DNA of 64,000 nt. Origin: Rickettsiales bacterium. Lineage in GTDB: Bacteria; Pseudomonadota; Alphaproteobacteria; Rickettsiales; UBA1997. Positions 1 to 9,669 of this stretch are shown one piece after another (position 1 is the stretch's first letter; the number at the start of each line of letters is the position of its first letter). The DNA is taken from assembly GCA_947503755.1 (NCBI GenBank), contig CANNFC010000001.1, positions 8,808-72,807 of the forward strand. Direction: 5' to 3'. Made by a program: the position numbers and the translations under genes. Below the pieces are notes generated by a model. It was not told the origin of the DNA, did not search any database, and saw nothing but the letters and a program-made list of their open reading frames with translations.

Positions 1-1
1 A

Positions 2-3000
2 ATTCGTTTTCATGTTATTATAAGAACAAATCATCAAAATAAAATTGAAACAGATAGTGTTGTTATTGAAAAAGAAATTACCAAGCTTACCAAAGTGTGG
101 AGCGATGAGCTACTTGAGTCTATCAAATCAAACTTTACTGATGAAAAAAGAATATTCTTGCATAGTCGTTATAAAAATGCTTTTTCGGTGAGTTATAGAA
201 ATCGTTTTGATGCCAGAATTGCAACTCTTGATATTGAGAAAATAGAAGAAAGTTTGCAAAAAAAAATGCCTATTTTTAATTTGCATAAATTAGCAGACGA
301 TCTTTGCGAAGATGTTTCTGAGTTAAAAATCTACTCACCGTCTCAAGAAATCAGCCTATCTAAAATTATGCCGATACTTGAAAGTTTTGGCTTTAATGTT
401 ATTCAAGAGCATACTTATATTGCCAATATCGAAGAAGAAAGCAAAAACCGTTCTATTCAAAAAGTTTGGATACATTATTTTAATTTAAATTTAAGCAAAA
501 ATAAAACTCAATTTAATGAAATTATTAAGCTTAATTTTGAAAAAATTATCGAAAGAATATGGTATAAAACCTCTGCAGTTTCTGGTTTGAATAAATTAGC
601 TATTTTATGTTTATTTTCTTATAAACAAGTATATTTGCTTTCTGCTTATACTAAATATTTAGTGCAAATAGGCTTAAAAAACGATATTATTGATGCTTTA
701 ATTTGCTACCCAGAATTATGTAAAAATTTAATTGCTTTATTTGAAGCTAAATTTGATCCCAGCCTAAAAAATCAGCATCGTCGTTCTATTTTGCAAGATA
801 TTGAGCATTCTATTCAATCTAATCTTGATTTGGTGCAAGATGCTTATTGTGATTTAATAATAAAAAAACTACACAACCTAATTAAGGCAACACTTCGTAC
901 CAACTATTATCAAAAAGATGCTGATGGCAATTTTAAAAATTATCTTTCTTTTAAATTTAATTCCAAAGCAATAGATGGTCTGCCATTGCCTTTGCCGTTC
1001 GCCGAAATTTTTGTTTATTCAACCAAAACCGAGGCTATTCACCTTCGTTTTGGTAAAGTGGCAAGGGGCGGTTTGAGATGGTCAGATAGATTGGATGATT
1101 TTAGAACCGAAGTTCTTGGTTTGGTAAAAGCGCAACAAACTAAAAATGCTGTAATCGTGCCGGTTGGCTCAAAGGGTGGTTTTGTGGTAAAAACAGATGT
1201 TAGTTTAATGACCAGAGGCGAAATTCAGCAAGAAGGAATAAATTGTTATCAAACATTTTTGTTTGGTTTGCTTGATATTACCGATAATGTTGTCAACGAT
1301 AAAATAGTTCATCCTGATAATGCAGTGCTTTATGATGAAGTAGATCCATATTTAGTGGTGGCTGCCGATAAAGGAACGGCAACTTTTTCAGATATTGCCA
1401 ATAATATTTCAAAACAATACAATTTTTGGCTAGGAGATGCCTTTGCTTCTGGCGGTTCTGCTGGTTATGATCATAAAAAAATGGGCATTACTGCAAAAGG
1501 TGCTTGGATTTCGGTGATGAGACATTTTCGTGAAATGGGTTTTGATACTCAAACACAAGATTTTACTTGTGTCGGCATTGGCGATTTAGCGGGCGATGTT
1601 TTTGGCAATGGTATGTTGCTTTCTCCTCATATCAAGTTGGTTGCTGCTTTTAATCATTTGCATATTTTTCTTGATCCTAATCCAGATACTAACCAATCTT
1701 TTTTAGAAAGAAAAAGAATGTTTGAGCTACTAAGATCTACTTGGCAAGATTATAACCAGCAACTTATTTCAAAAGGTGGCGGTATTTTTCTTAGATCAAG
1801 CAAATCTATCGATATTTCTTTAGAAATGCAAAAAGTTTTAGGCATTACTCAAGATCAGCTTGCTCCTAATCAATTAATTTCTGCTATTTTAAAAGCTCCT
1901 GTCGATTTATTATGGAACGGTGGCATCGGCACTTATGTTAAGGCTACAAGTGAAAGCCATCAAGATGTAGGCGATAAAAGTAATGATAGTTTAAGAATAA
2001 ATGGTTCTGATCTTCGTTGCAAGGTGGTGGGTGAGGGTGGTAATTTGGGTTTTACTCAAAAAGGCAGAATAGAATATGCTCAAAATGGCGGTAAAATCAA
2101 TACCGATGCTATCGATAACTCTGCTGGTGTAGATTGCTCAGATCACGAAGTTAATATTAAAATAGCTTTAATTTCTGCCATGAGAAGCAAAAAAATCACT
2201 TTGCAAGAAAGAAATTTATTGTTAGAGCAAATGACTAACCAAGTTGCTGATTTGGTTTTGCAAGATAATCGTTTGCAAACCCAAGCAATTTCTATTGTTC
2301 ATCATCAAGGTTATTTGTTGTTGCCAGAGCAGAGTAAGTTTTTAGATCGATTAGAAGATAATCAAATATTAAATCGCCAACTCGAATTTTTACCTTCCAA
2401 AAGCGAAATTGAAAAATTGCAACATAATAAACAAGCATTAACTAGGCCACAACTTTCGGTGATGCTAGCCTATGCTAAAATGGAAATTTACAATGCTTTA
2501 TTGCAATCCGATTTAACTTCTGATCGTTATTTTGAAAAAGATCTTTTCTCTTATTTCCCAACTATTTTACAGCAGAAATTAGCCTATGAAATCAATAATC
2601 ATCAACTCAGAAAAGAAATTATTGCCACTCAAATAACTAATTTTGTTATCAATCGTGTTGGTATTACCTTTGTTGGTAGAATTTGTCAAGATAGCGGTTT
2701 TAATATTTCTGAGGTGGTAAAATGCTTGATTATTGCCTACGATTCTTTTCGATTAAACGAATCTTGGTTAAAAATAGAAGAATTAGACGGTAAAATAGCT
2801 TTAGATCTGCAAATGTCAATGTTTTTAAGTGCTAATAAACTACTAGAAAGATCAATAATGTGGCTACTGCATAATCAAATTAAAGGCGATATTTCTTCTG
2901 CGGTGTTGAGATTTCAAACTATCGCCGATGAAATATCTACTGATTTGCCTTTGGTTTTAGCTCAAGCTTCTAAAGAATCTTTCCAAAGAAAGATAGATCA

Positions 3001-3463
3001 TTATTGTTTGCATCAAATAGAGCATAATTTAGCAACTAAAATTGCCTCAATGGATCCTATTGCTTCTTCTTATGATATTGCCGAAATTACCTCTCTTTCT
3101 AAACACGACATTAGAACTATTGCCACCATTTATTTTGCCGTTGGTAATAGACTTTCTTTAAAGTGGTTAAGAAATAAAGTGGCAGAATTATCGCTCACTA
3201 ATTATTGGCAAAAATTAGCTAGCAAAACTTTGTTAGAAGATTTATATTTCTATCAAAGACAAATTACAAAAATAATCACAGAATTAAGTGAAGAAAATAA
3301 TGACTATAATAATGTCGATTATTTTATAACAAATTGGGAAAAACATTATCAGTTTTTAATTACCCGATTCGATAAATTTATTGCCGAAATAAAAAATGAA
3401 AGCAACCCAGATTTAGCAATGTTTATTGTGGCACTTAACCTCATTAAACCTCTTTGCAATTAA
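2..3463 (+). CDS. gdhB: NAD-specific glutamate dehydrogenase of the large (~1600 aa) bacterial GDH family; the 5' end lies upstream of the window
   Basis: The frame is open from base 2 with no stop before the listed start at 95, so the window edge truncates the gene. The translation carries the family hallmarks RFGKVARGGLRWSDR, VPVGSKGGFV and GEGGNLGFTQ...DNSAGV. Confidence 0.85.
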   Translation: MRFHVIIRTNHQNKIETDSVVIEKEITKLTKVWSDELLESIKSNFTDEKRIFLHSRYKNAFSVSYRNRFDARIATLDIEKIEESLQKKMPIFNLHKLADDLCEDVSELKIYSPSQEISLSKIMPILESFGFNVIQEHTYIANIEEESKNRSIQKVWIHYFNLNLSKNKTQFNEIIKLNFEKIIERIWYKTSAVSGLNKLAILCLFSYKQVYLLSAYTKYLVQIGLKNDIIDALICYPELCKNLIALFEAKFDPSLKNQHRRSILQDIEHSIQSNLDLVQDAYCDLIIKKLHNLIKATLRTNYYQKDADGNFKNYLSFKFNSKAIDGLPLPLPFAEIFVYSTKTEAIHLRFGKVARGGLRWSDRLDDFRTEVLGLVKAQQTKNAVIVPVGSKGGFVVKTDVSLMTRGEIQQEGINCYQTFLFGLLDITDNVVNDKIVHPDNAVLYDEVDPYLVVAADKGTATFSDIANNISKQYNFWLGDAFASGGSAGYDHKKMGITAKGAWISVMRHFREMGFDTQTQDFTCVGIGDLAGDVFGNGMLLSPHIKLVAAFNHLHIFLDPNPDTNQSFLERKRMFELLRSTWQDYNQQLISKGGGIFLRSSKSIDISLEMQKVLGITQDQLAPNQLISAILKAPVDLLWNGGIGTYVKATSESHQDVGDKSNDSLRINGSDLRCKVVGEGGNLGFTQKGRIEYAQNGGKINTDAIDNSAGVDCSDHEVNIKIALISAMRSKKITLQERNLLLEQMTNQVADLVLQDNRLQTQAISIVHHQGYLLLPEQSKFLDRLEDNQILNRQLEFLPSKSEIEKLQHNKQALTRPQLSVMLAYAKMEIYNALLQSDLTSDRYFEKDLFSYFPTILQQKLAYEINNHQLRKEIIATQITNFVINRVGITFVGRICQDSGFNISEVVKCLIIAYDSFRLNESWLKIEELDGKIALDLQMSMFLSANKLLERSIMWLLHNQIKGDISSAVLRFQTIADEISTDLPLVLAQASKESFQRKIDHYCLHQIEHNLATKIASMDPIASSYDIAEITSLSKHDIRTIATIYFAVGNRLSLKWLRNKVAELSLTNYWQKLASKTLLEDLYFYQRQITKIITELSEENNDYNNVDYFITNWEKHYQFLITRFDKFIAEIKNESNPDLAMFIVALNLIKPLCN

Positions 3464-3476
3464 AAATTTCTAATTT

Positions 3477-3516
3477 CAAAAAAAGCTAAGGGGGCAAAAA
3501 CCCCGTTCGCTTTTTT
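3477..3516. terminator. Putative bidirectional rho-independent terminator between convergent gdh and the kinase gene
   Basis: An A8 run is followed by an imperfect 10-bp stem (gctaaggggg / ccccgttcgc, 2 mismatches), a caaaaa loop and a T6 run. It lies exactly between two convergent stop codons. Confidence 0.5.
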
Positions 3517-4882
3517 AAATCGGCAAGGTAACAATAACTTTTAGCCCGCCTAGTGTTTTTGATTGGTCGAGAGTTATTTCTCCGCCGTGCGAACCTATGG
3601 CATCTTTGGTAATTGCCAAACCGAGTCCTGAGCCAATTTTAAAAGAGGTGCTGTCGAGATTTCTGGCTTGATTTAGCCTGATAAATGGTTTAAAAACATT
3701 TTCTCTTTCTGTTTTCGGAATGCCAGGGCCGTTATCTTCTATGGTAATAACAATATTTTTTTGCTGGCAAATCGCTGTAAAATCAACTTGTGTAGCATAA
3801 TGAAAAGCATTGTCAATAAGATTTTTTAAAGCTCTATTTAGAGCAGAAGGTTTGATGGTTATGTTGAGATTTTTAGAAATTTGACAGTTAAAATGAATGT
3901 TTTTCTGCATTTTTTGATAATAAATAAAACAATTTTCTTCTAAAAAACTGGCAATATTGCTATTAGTGCTTTTTTCTTTATCGTTGCCTTTGGCGAAATC
4001 TAAATATTCACCAATAAGATTTTCCATATCAGAAATATCAATATTTAGATTTTTTGTTTCTTCACTTTCTGGCATCAAAGCAAGTTGTAGCTTCATTCTG
4101 GTAAGAGGAGTGCGAAGATCGTGCGAGACTGAAGAAAGCATAAAGGTTCGTTGATTTATTTGTCTAGTGATTCGTTCTTTCATTTTAATAAAAGAAATTG
4201 TGAGAGAGCGAATCTCTTGCGAGCCAAGAATTTTCGGGTTGGCAACGGCAATGCCTCGGCCAAATTTTTCGGCCCAAGAACTTAAATTGCCAATCAACTT
4301 AATTTGGTTACGAAAAAAAATAACCGATAGCAAAGAAGTTAAACAAACCGTAATAAACAGCCAAAAAGTAAAAACATAACCACTGGAGCTGGTGATTTTC
4401 TTGATTGGCACCTCAAAAGTAAGTAGACCTTGTTTTAGCTGAATACTTACATTGATGGTTTCTTTTTTTTCTTGGTCGGTAAAAATTTGATAAGGTGCAA
4501 GATGATGATTTTCTAATTCTATTTTAAAGCGATTATAAGGATCAAGCACTGGCTTAAAGTATTGATAAAGTTTATTTTGTTGCCAATTGCTATCGGCAAT
4601 TTTAATAGTGTTAAGTTTTTTGCGATATTTAAAGCTATATTTTAAGCCAGTGCTTTCGGTTAAATCTTTTAATAAATTTTCATAACCGGGTTTATTCGCA
4701 GAATTTTTGACAAAAACCATTTCAACAACCACACTTCTTGCCATATGTTTGCTGATAACATCGAGATGACCATAATAAAATACATAAATAGAAACCAACT
4801 GCACTATCAAAGCCGAAAGCAGAATAATCAACAAAGATCTGCCATATAAAGAATGTGGAATAAATTTTTTTAGTTTTTGCAT
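3515..4882 (-). CDS. Two-component sensor histidine kinase, EnvZ/PhoR-like, with 2 TM segments, HAMP, HisKA and HATPase regions
   Basis: H-box SHDLRTPLTRM, N-box LKNLIDNAFHYA and G-boxes DNGPGI / GSGLGLAI are present, with two hydrophobic segments in the N-terminal half. No response regulator gene is adjacent. Confidence 0.85.
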   Translation of the reverse strand: MQKLKKFIPHSLYGRSLLIILLSALIVQLVSIYVFYYGHLDVISKHMARSVVVEMVFVKNSANKPGYENLLKDLTESTGLKYSFKYRKKLNTIKIADSNWQQNKLYQYFKPVLDPYNRFKIELENHHLAPYQIFTDQEKKETINVSIQLKQGLLTFEVPIKKITSSSGYVFTFWLFITVCLTSLLSVIFFRNQIKLIGNLSSWAEKFGRGIAVANPKILGSQEIRSLTISFIKMKERITRQINQRTFMLSSVSHDLRTPLTRMKLQLALMPESEETKNLNIDISDMENLIGEYLDFAKGNDKEKSTNSNIASFLEENCFIYYQKMQKNIHFNCQISKNLNITIKPSALNRALKNLIDNAFHYATQVDFTAICQQKNIVITIEDNGPGIPKTERENVFKPFIRLNQARNLDSTSFKIGSGLGLAITKDAIGSHGGEITLDQSKTLGGLKVIVTLPI

Positions 4883-4890
4883 TTAAAAAT
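4862..4890. repeat. Left copy of the direct repeat bounding the Type III R-M cassette; it contains the kinase ATG and its first 5 codons
   Basis: aaatttttttagtttttgcatttaaaaat matches 9670-9696 with an identical 18-nt core. The only differences are a T7/T5 run length and one A/T change. Confidence 0.8.
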
Positions 4891-4920
4891 GAGAAATATT
4901 GTTAGTTAAAATGAATTGTC

Positions 4921-5165
4921 GGTTTTTTTCTGTGCAGTTCGAGATTAGATCGAGTGCGATCTGCATCGCTCCCCCTGTGCAGTTCTCGATCTAAATCGCC
5001 CCCTCTTTTACGGGAGGGCAAGAGCTACGAAGTAGCTCTGGGAGGGGTAAATACTATTAACACAACTCGAATTTGAGTTTGTGATGTAGGTCTTCTGACC
5101 CCCCCACCGAAATTGCTATGCAATTTCGACCCCCTCCCGTAAAGCGGGAGGGTGATTAGATCGAG
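4921..5165. repeat. Palindromic repeat cluster A: fragments plus one full R2-type element at 4985-5165
   Basis: Termini are ctcgatctaaatcgccccctc... and ...ccctcccgtaaagcgggagggtgattagatcgag. The internal sequence matches 11098-11255 in the opposite orientation. There is a GC-rich 8-bp stem-loop (ccctcccg taaag cgggaggg). Confidence 0.85.
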
Positions 5166-5242
5166 CACAATCTGAATTGCTTCCCATTTTTTTTGAGTGG
5201 GAGAAGAAGATAGATATAAAATTGATTTTAATGTCATAGCCA

Positions 5243-7162
5243 CTACACAATAACAACTCTCTTTTGCTCAAAATGTTGGTATAAATTGTGGATTATCTCA
5301 ACATTTAAGCAGGCATCTTGTGCAAAAATTTGGCATTCTTTTAAGTGATCAGAATATAAAACAATTTCTGCAAGAGTTTGGTTGTTCATTTGCTCTTCGC
5401 CCAAAATAATTAGGGCTTGGCGGTTATTGCCTTTAAGGTAGGTTATGCCTTTACCTAAATTATGCAAATCACGATATTGATAATTTAAGCCATAGCCATA
5501 GCTACATGCAATTTCGGCAAAAATTTCTTCTTTTGTGGCAATGCTTTTATTCATCAATTTACGATCGATTGCCGACTCGGTGAGTTCTAAAACCTTAAAA
5601 CCATTATCAACCGATTTATATTTTTCGCCAGCACGTCGAATTCTCTCAATGGTAATATTTGAAATAACAGGCTCTAGATTGTTATTTTTGCAAAATTTAA
5701 AAGCCTCTTTTTTGTTATCAATTTTTTCGGGCAGTTGCACTAAAATAAACCTTCGCCCGCCGACTTCCGCCTCTTTATCTGCCAAAAGCCCATCTTTTGC
5801 TTGTTTATCAATTTCTTCTTGATTGAGTTCCATAACCGCTTGCCCTGTGGTGCCACTACCTGCAAAAAAATCAAGAATGAGATCGTTTGGTGCGGTAGAG
5901 ATTTGGAGAAGGTGTTTTATGAGTGAGACAGGTTTGGGGTTGGTAAATAAGTCCTTATTTGTATTAAATAACTTTCGCAACTCAAATGTCGCACTAGTAG
6001 AATCACCAACAAAATCCAAAATATTAGATATTGATATCTCGTTGTTCGATTTAGAGTATTGAGGAATGCCTTTTGAATTAAAAAAAATCTCATTATACTG
6101 CTGACCTTTTTTATCAAACGCCTCTTTCCCTGAGAGTAAAGTGTTAATGATGTTAGGTGAAGACCATTCCGCACTTAACTCACAATCATTTTTCAATAAT
6201 CCATTTTCAAAAATCATTTCTTTTGAGATAATTTCAATTGGTTCAGATTGTCCACCTATAGTTCCAGAAAAAATTTCATTATTTATACCTTCAATTCTAA
6301 TACCGCTAGGAAAAACAATGTTAAATTTTCTGTGCTTTACCTTTGTAATCCTTGAAGACACTTGCTTTACTTCATCAAGTTCTAGCTTGAATTTTGCAAT
6401 ATCTTTATTTTTAGAATACACAAAAATATATTCTTTTAAATCCTTAATTGCTCCATAATTAATTGCTGAATTTTGCACATGAATAAAACACCCCACAAAC
6501 TCCTCCTCGCCAAATATCTCATTCATAATTTGCCTTAAGTGGTGAACTTCGTTATCATCGATGCTTACAAAAATAACACCATCTTCTCGCAACAGCTCCC
6601 TTGCCAAAACAAGCCTTGGATACATAAACGAAAGCCAATTTGAGTGCTTTCTCCCTGTGTTTTTTTCTTTTGCATTTTGCCCCGAAATATCTTGCCCATC
6701 TTCAATTTGCCCGCTTTCAAGCAAATAATCAAGCTCGCTTGTGGCATAATTATCGGGGTAGATAAACTCGTGTTGAGTGTTATATGGAGGGTCAATATAA
6801 ATACACTTAACCTTGTTTTTATAAGATGGCACCAACAGTTTTAAAACTTGCAAATTATCGCCTTCGATAATTAAATTTTGTGTTGTTTTAAAATTTTTAC
6901 TGCGTTCTTCGTCAAATTTTAATGCAAGTTTTATCTCGCTTTGTTTAAATGACAAACCTTTTGCTTTTTGCTTGCCTGCCCAGCTAAAACAAAACGGCTC
7001 TTGCTTTTCGGTTGTATAGCCAGTGACAAAATTTTCAAGCTCGGCTTTAATTAAATTTCCGTCTTTATCAAATAAATTTGGCAATAGTTTTTTTAACTCT
7101 GCCATTTTGTCATGGTGCAGACTTTGCAAACCTTCGTTAAATTTGATAGTTTTTTCATTCAT
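5243..7162 (-). CDS. mod: Type III restriction-modification methyltransferase (Mod), beta-class N6-adenine MTase
   Basis: Motif IV YIDPPYNT near residue 124 precedes motif I DFFAGSGTTGQA near residue 433, which is the beta-class order with a variable region between them. It starts 15 nt downstream of the res gene on the same strand. Confidence 0.85.
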   Translation of the reverse strand: MNEKTIKFNEGLQSLHHDKMAELKKLLPNLFDKDGNLIKAELENFVTGYTTEKQEPFCFSWAGKQKAKGLSFKQSEIKLALKFDEERSKNFKTTQNLIIEGDNLQVLKLLVPSYKNKVKCIYIDPPYNTQHEFIYPDNYATSELDYLLESGQIEDGQDISGQNAKEKNTGRKHSNWLSFMYPRLVLARELLREDGVIFVSIDDNEVHHLRQIMNEIFGEEEFVGCFIHVQNSAINYGAIKDLKEYIFVYSKNKDIAKFKLELDEVKQVSSRITKVKHRKFNIVFPSGIRIEGINNEIFSGTIGGQSEPIEIISKEMIFENGLLKNDCELSAEWSSPNIINTLLSGKEAFDKKGQQYNEIFFNSKGIPQYSKSNNEISISNILDFVGDSTSATFELRKLFNTNKDLFTNPKPVSLIKHLLQISTAPNDLILDFFAGSGTTGQAVMELNQEEIDKQAKDGLLADKEAEVGGRRFILVQLPEKIDNKKEAFKFCKNNNLEPVISNITIERIRRAGEKYKSVDNGFKVLELTESAIDRKLMNKSIATKEEIFAEIACSYGYGLNYQYRDLHNLGKGITYLKGNNRQALIILGEEQMNNQTLAEIVLYSDHLKECQIFAQDACLNVEIIHNLYQHFEQKRVVIV

Positions 7163-7177
7163 AAATAAAGTAATAAA

Positions 7178-9592
7178 TTATTGCCAATTACTTGCGTCAA
7201 TTGTGGCGAACGAATCTTTTGCAAGCCTTAAAAAATCTGCTTGATCGCTGATATTTTTAGTTTCAACATCAAAGCCTAATGCTCTAAAATGCTCAATTGC
7301 ACATTTGATTTTAAATTCTTCGCTTTTCTGCACAAGCTCGTGACTTGCTCTATCTTTTACCTCAAAAATCATATACAGCTTGTCGTTTTCGCCAACAACA
7401 ACGGCAAAGTCAGGGTAATATTTGCCAATTGGGGTATTGATATGAAATTTTTCATCTCCACCTTTTGGCAACTTCATAAACAACTTAATTTTATCAAGTT
7501 TATCTGCGGTTTTTATAAAGTTTTGTTCTGGTGCCGAATCGTATTCTACCAAATCGTATAAAGATTTTTCTGCTGTTTGTGTGCTTGCTGTTGTTGTCTT
7601 TTCATCTTCATAAAAAGCTTTATCGGGCCATTTATTATTGGTTAATTGATATTCAACTCTGGCAATTGTGAGAATGGCATTTTGAATTTGTTCTTTTATG
7701 GCAAAAACCGCTCTTGATAGCCACATTTGTTGATTTTTTTTAATTGCATTTTCATTGCAACAATCAAGAATTTTATTAACTTCCCATTTTGTAAGCCAAG
7801 TTTCTTGGCAAATTTTTTGAATTATTTCTGGTTTGTTATAATCAGATTCAAGTTTTGCACCAACATCAGCATCAGCAAGACTTGCATTGTAAGCATCGGT
7901 AAAGACTGCTTTTTCTATTAAAACTCGCTTTTCTTGTATATCTTTTTCAAAAGATTTTATTGCGGTTATAATATTTTCGTAAAGCTTTTCTTTTTCATTA
8001 AAATGCACAAGATATTTTGACTTTCTTGAAATTTTTTGCCATAAAGGCCTCGCTTCAGCAATTTTTTCTTTGCGAATTTTCATTATTTTTGTTGCTTTTA
8101 ACCTTTTTTCTGCATCATCTGGAACCGCTATATCGTATCCATCTTTTTTAGCATCGTTTTGATAATTTTTGACAAAATCATCCCATTTTTCGCCACCAAT
8201 TACAGTTAATAAATTTATTATTTCATCTTTTGGAGTGCTAAAATTATCTTTTATTCTGTCGCCATTCTGATTTACCGCTAAACGAAGCCCGCGACCAATA
8301 AACTGACGTCTTGAAATATCGCTACCGATATCTCTTAAAAAGCAAATTTGAAAAACATTAGGGCAATCCCAGCCAACACCAAGTGCCGAATGAGTAAATA
8401 TGTATTCTACTGGTTCGTTTAGAGACAATAATTTTTCTTTATCTTTCATTATCAAATCAAACTTTTCTTCGTCATTTTCAATGGCTTTAGTTGTTGATTT
8501 ATCGCTAAAATAAGCTCCATATTTTTGTTGCGGATTATTGTGATATTTTGTTAATTCTTCCTCAAAAATTGTGCGAATTTTTTCAAAATTTGGCACATAA
8601 TCGATAAAAAACAAAGATAAAACTTTGATTTCTTGCTGGTTTAATTTTTTTTTCTTCTGCTCATGAATTGCAATTGTTCTTTTAATTTGCTCAAGTCGAA
8701 GCTCAAAATCATGATTTTCGTTAAAATTGATCTGGCTAAGTTTATTGCCATTATCAAACAAAATATCTTCTGGCAGAACTCTTTCAATTGTCAAATTGCC
8801 GATTTTATCTCCATCTTTTACCTTCTTTTTTTTATCATTTTCTAAAATTGTCGCAACCCATTTTTTACCTTTTTGTTGTGATTTTATAAATTTAATATTG
8901 AAACCAAAGCCGTCTTTAATGTAGACTCCGTAATATTCAACTTGTTTAACAAGTTTTTTTTCATAAGCATCGCTTGGAGTTAATTTATAAATAGGTTCAT
9001 ATTTTAAATTTTTATGAGTTGCAGAATATTTTAAAATAAACTTTGGTTTTAAACTGGCAATAGCTTGTTTTGATTTTTCGGCATCCATCATTTGTGGCTC
9101 ATCTATTATAATGATCGGCTTGGAATTGGCAATTTTATCAATATATTTTTCGCTTTCAAAAAGCCCAACCGAAAGGCCATCTCTGTTTTGTTTTAATATA
9201 TTTGTATCTTTATTAAACCCATGAATTCCTATAATCAAAATTTGCAAAGTCTCTTTATCGCAAAAGTTTTCAATATTTCTTAATTTTTTAGAATTATAAG
9301 AATATACATCGTATGCAATGCTTGGATATTTTTCTTGCAAGTGTTCTTGTAAGCTTTCGAAAGACTTTTTGATTCCTTGGCGAACTGCAATGCTTGGTGC
9401 AACAATAATAAATTTTGAAAGTTTTTGCTGTCTATAAAGTTCAAAAATTGTTCTTATGTAAGTATAAGTTTTGCCAGTTCCAGTTTCCATCTCAATTGAA
9501 AACTCCTCTTGACCTTGATTTTCAAAAATAGCATTAGTTGTTGCATTTATTGCATCAACTTGATAATCTAATTCTGTAAATTTTAGCTTCAT
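7178..9592 (-). CDS. res: Type III restriction enzyme Res subunit (SF2 helicase-like ATPase plus C-terminal PD-(D/E)XK nuclease)
   Basis: Walker A METGTGKTYTY, motif II IIIDEPQ and a SAT-like YSATH motif are present. The C-terminal nuclease motif is YYPDFAVV...MIFEVKD. It is adjacent to mod. Confidence 0.85.
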   Translation of the reverse strand: MKLKFTELDYQVDAINATTNAIFENQGQEEFSIEMETGTGKTYTYIRTIFELYRQQKLSKFIIVAPSIAVRQGIKKSFESLQEHLQEKYPSIAYDVYSYNSKKLRNIENFCDKETLQILIIGIHGFNKDTNILKQNRDGLSVGLFESEKYIDKIANSKPIIIIDEPQMMDAEKSKQAIASLKPKFILKYSATHKNLKYEPIYKLTPSDAYEKKLVKQVEYYGVYIKDGFGFNIKFIKSQQKGKKWVATILENDKKKKVKDGDKIGNLTIERVLPEDILFDNGNKLSQINFNENHDFELRLEQIKRTIAIHEQKKKKLNQQEIKVLSLFFIDYVPNFEKIRTIFEEELTKYHNNPQQKYGAYFSDKSTTKAIENDEEKFDLIMKDKEKLLSLNEPVEYIFTHSALGVGWDCPNVFQICFLRDIGSDISRRQFIGRGLRLAVNQNGDRIKDNFSTPKDEIINLLTVIGGEKWDDFVKNYQNDAKKDGYDIAVPDDAEKRLKATKIMKIRKEKIAEARPLWQKISRKSKYLVHFNEKEKLYENIITAIKSFEKDIQEKRVLIEKAVFTDAYNASLADADVGAKLESDYNKPEIIQKICQETWLTKWEVNKILDCCNENAIKKNQQMWLSRAVFAIKEQIQNAILTIARVEYQLTNNKWPDKAFYEDEKTTTASTQTAEKSLYDLVEYDSAPEQNFIKTADKLDKIKLFMKLPKGGDEKFHINTPIGKYYPDFAVVVGENDKLYMIFEVKDRASHELVQKSEEFKIKCAIEHFRALGFDVETKNISDQADFLRLAKDSFATIDASNWQ

Positions 9593-9669
9593 ATTCTAAA
9601 TAATTAATTCTTTACACTTTTTATCTTTAAATATAAAATTTTTTATAATAATATCACTATCAATAAAAC

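Noticed and set aside
5025-5243. ORF-track entries that lie inside the repeat clusters (5025-5243, 24504-24728, 38105-38380, 38388-38642, 41819-42076, 41833-42039, 52191-52466, 52249-52443). Some share peptide strings such as LPTLPRHFVPPLLQEGEF or PALRATPS.
   Set aside because: The shared peptides only reflect translation of the same repeated DNA in both orientations. The ORFs have no independent start context, and they overlap one another on opposite strands. I treat them as non-coding repeat sequence.
8645-8653. A 9-nt homopolymer (A9 on the coding strand, encoding a KKKK run) in res, and similar 8-nt runs in res and mod, as possible phase-variation switches.
   Set aside because: A/T homopolymers of this length are frequent throughout this AT-rich window and encode lysine runs. 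There is nothing to single these out without population data.
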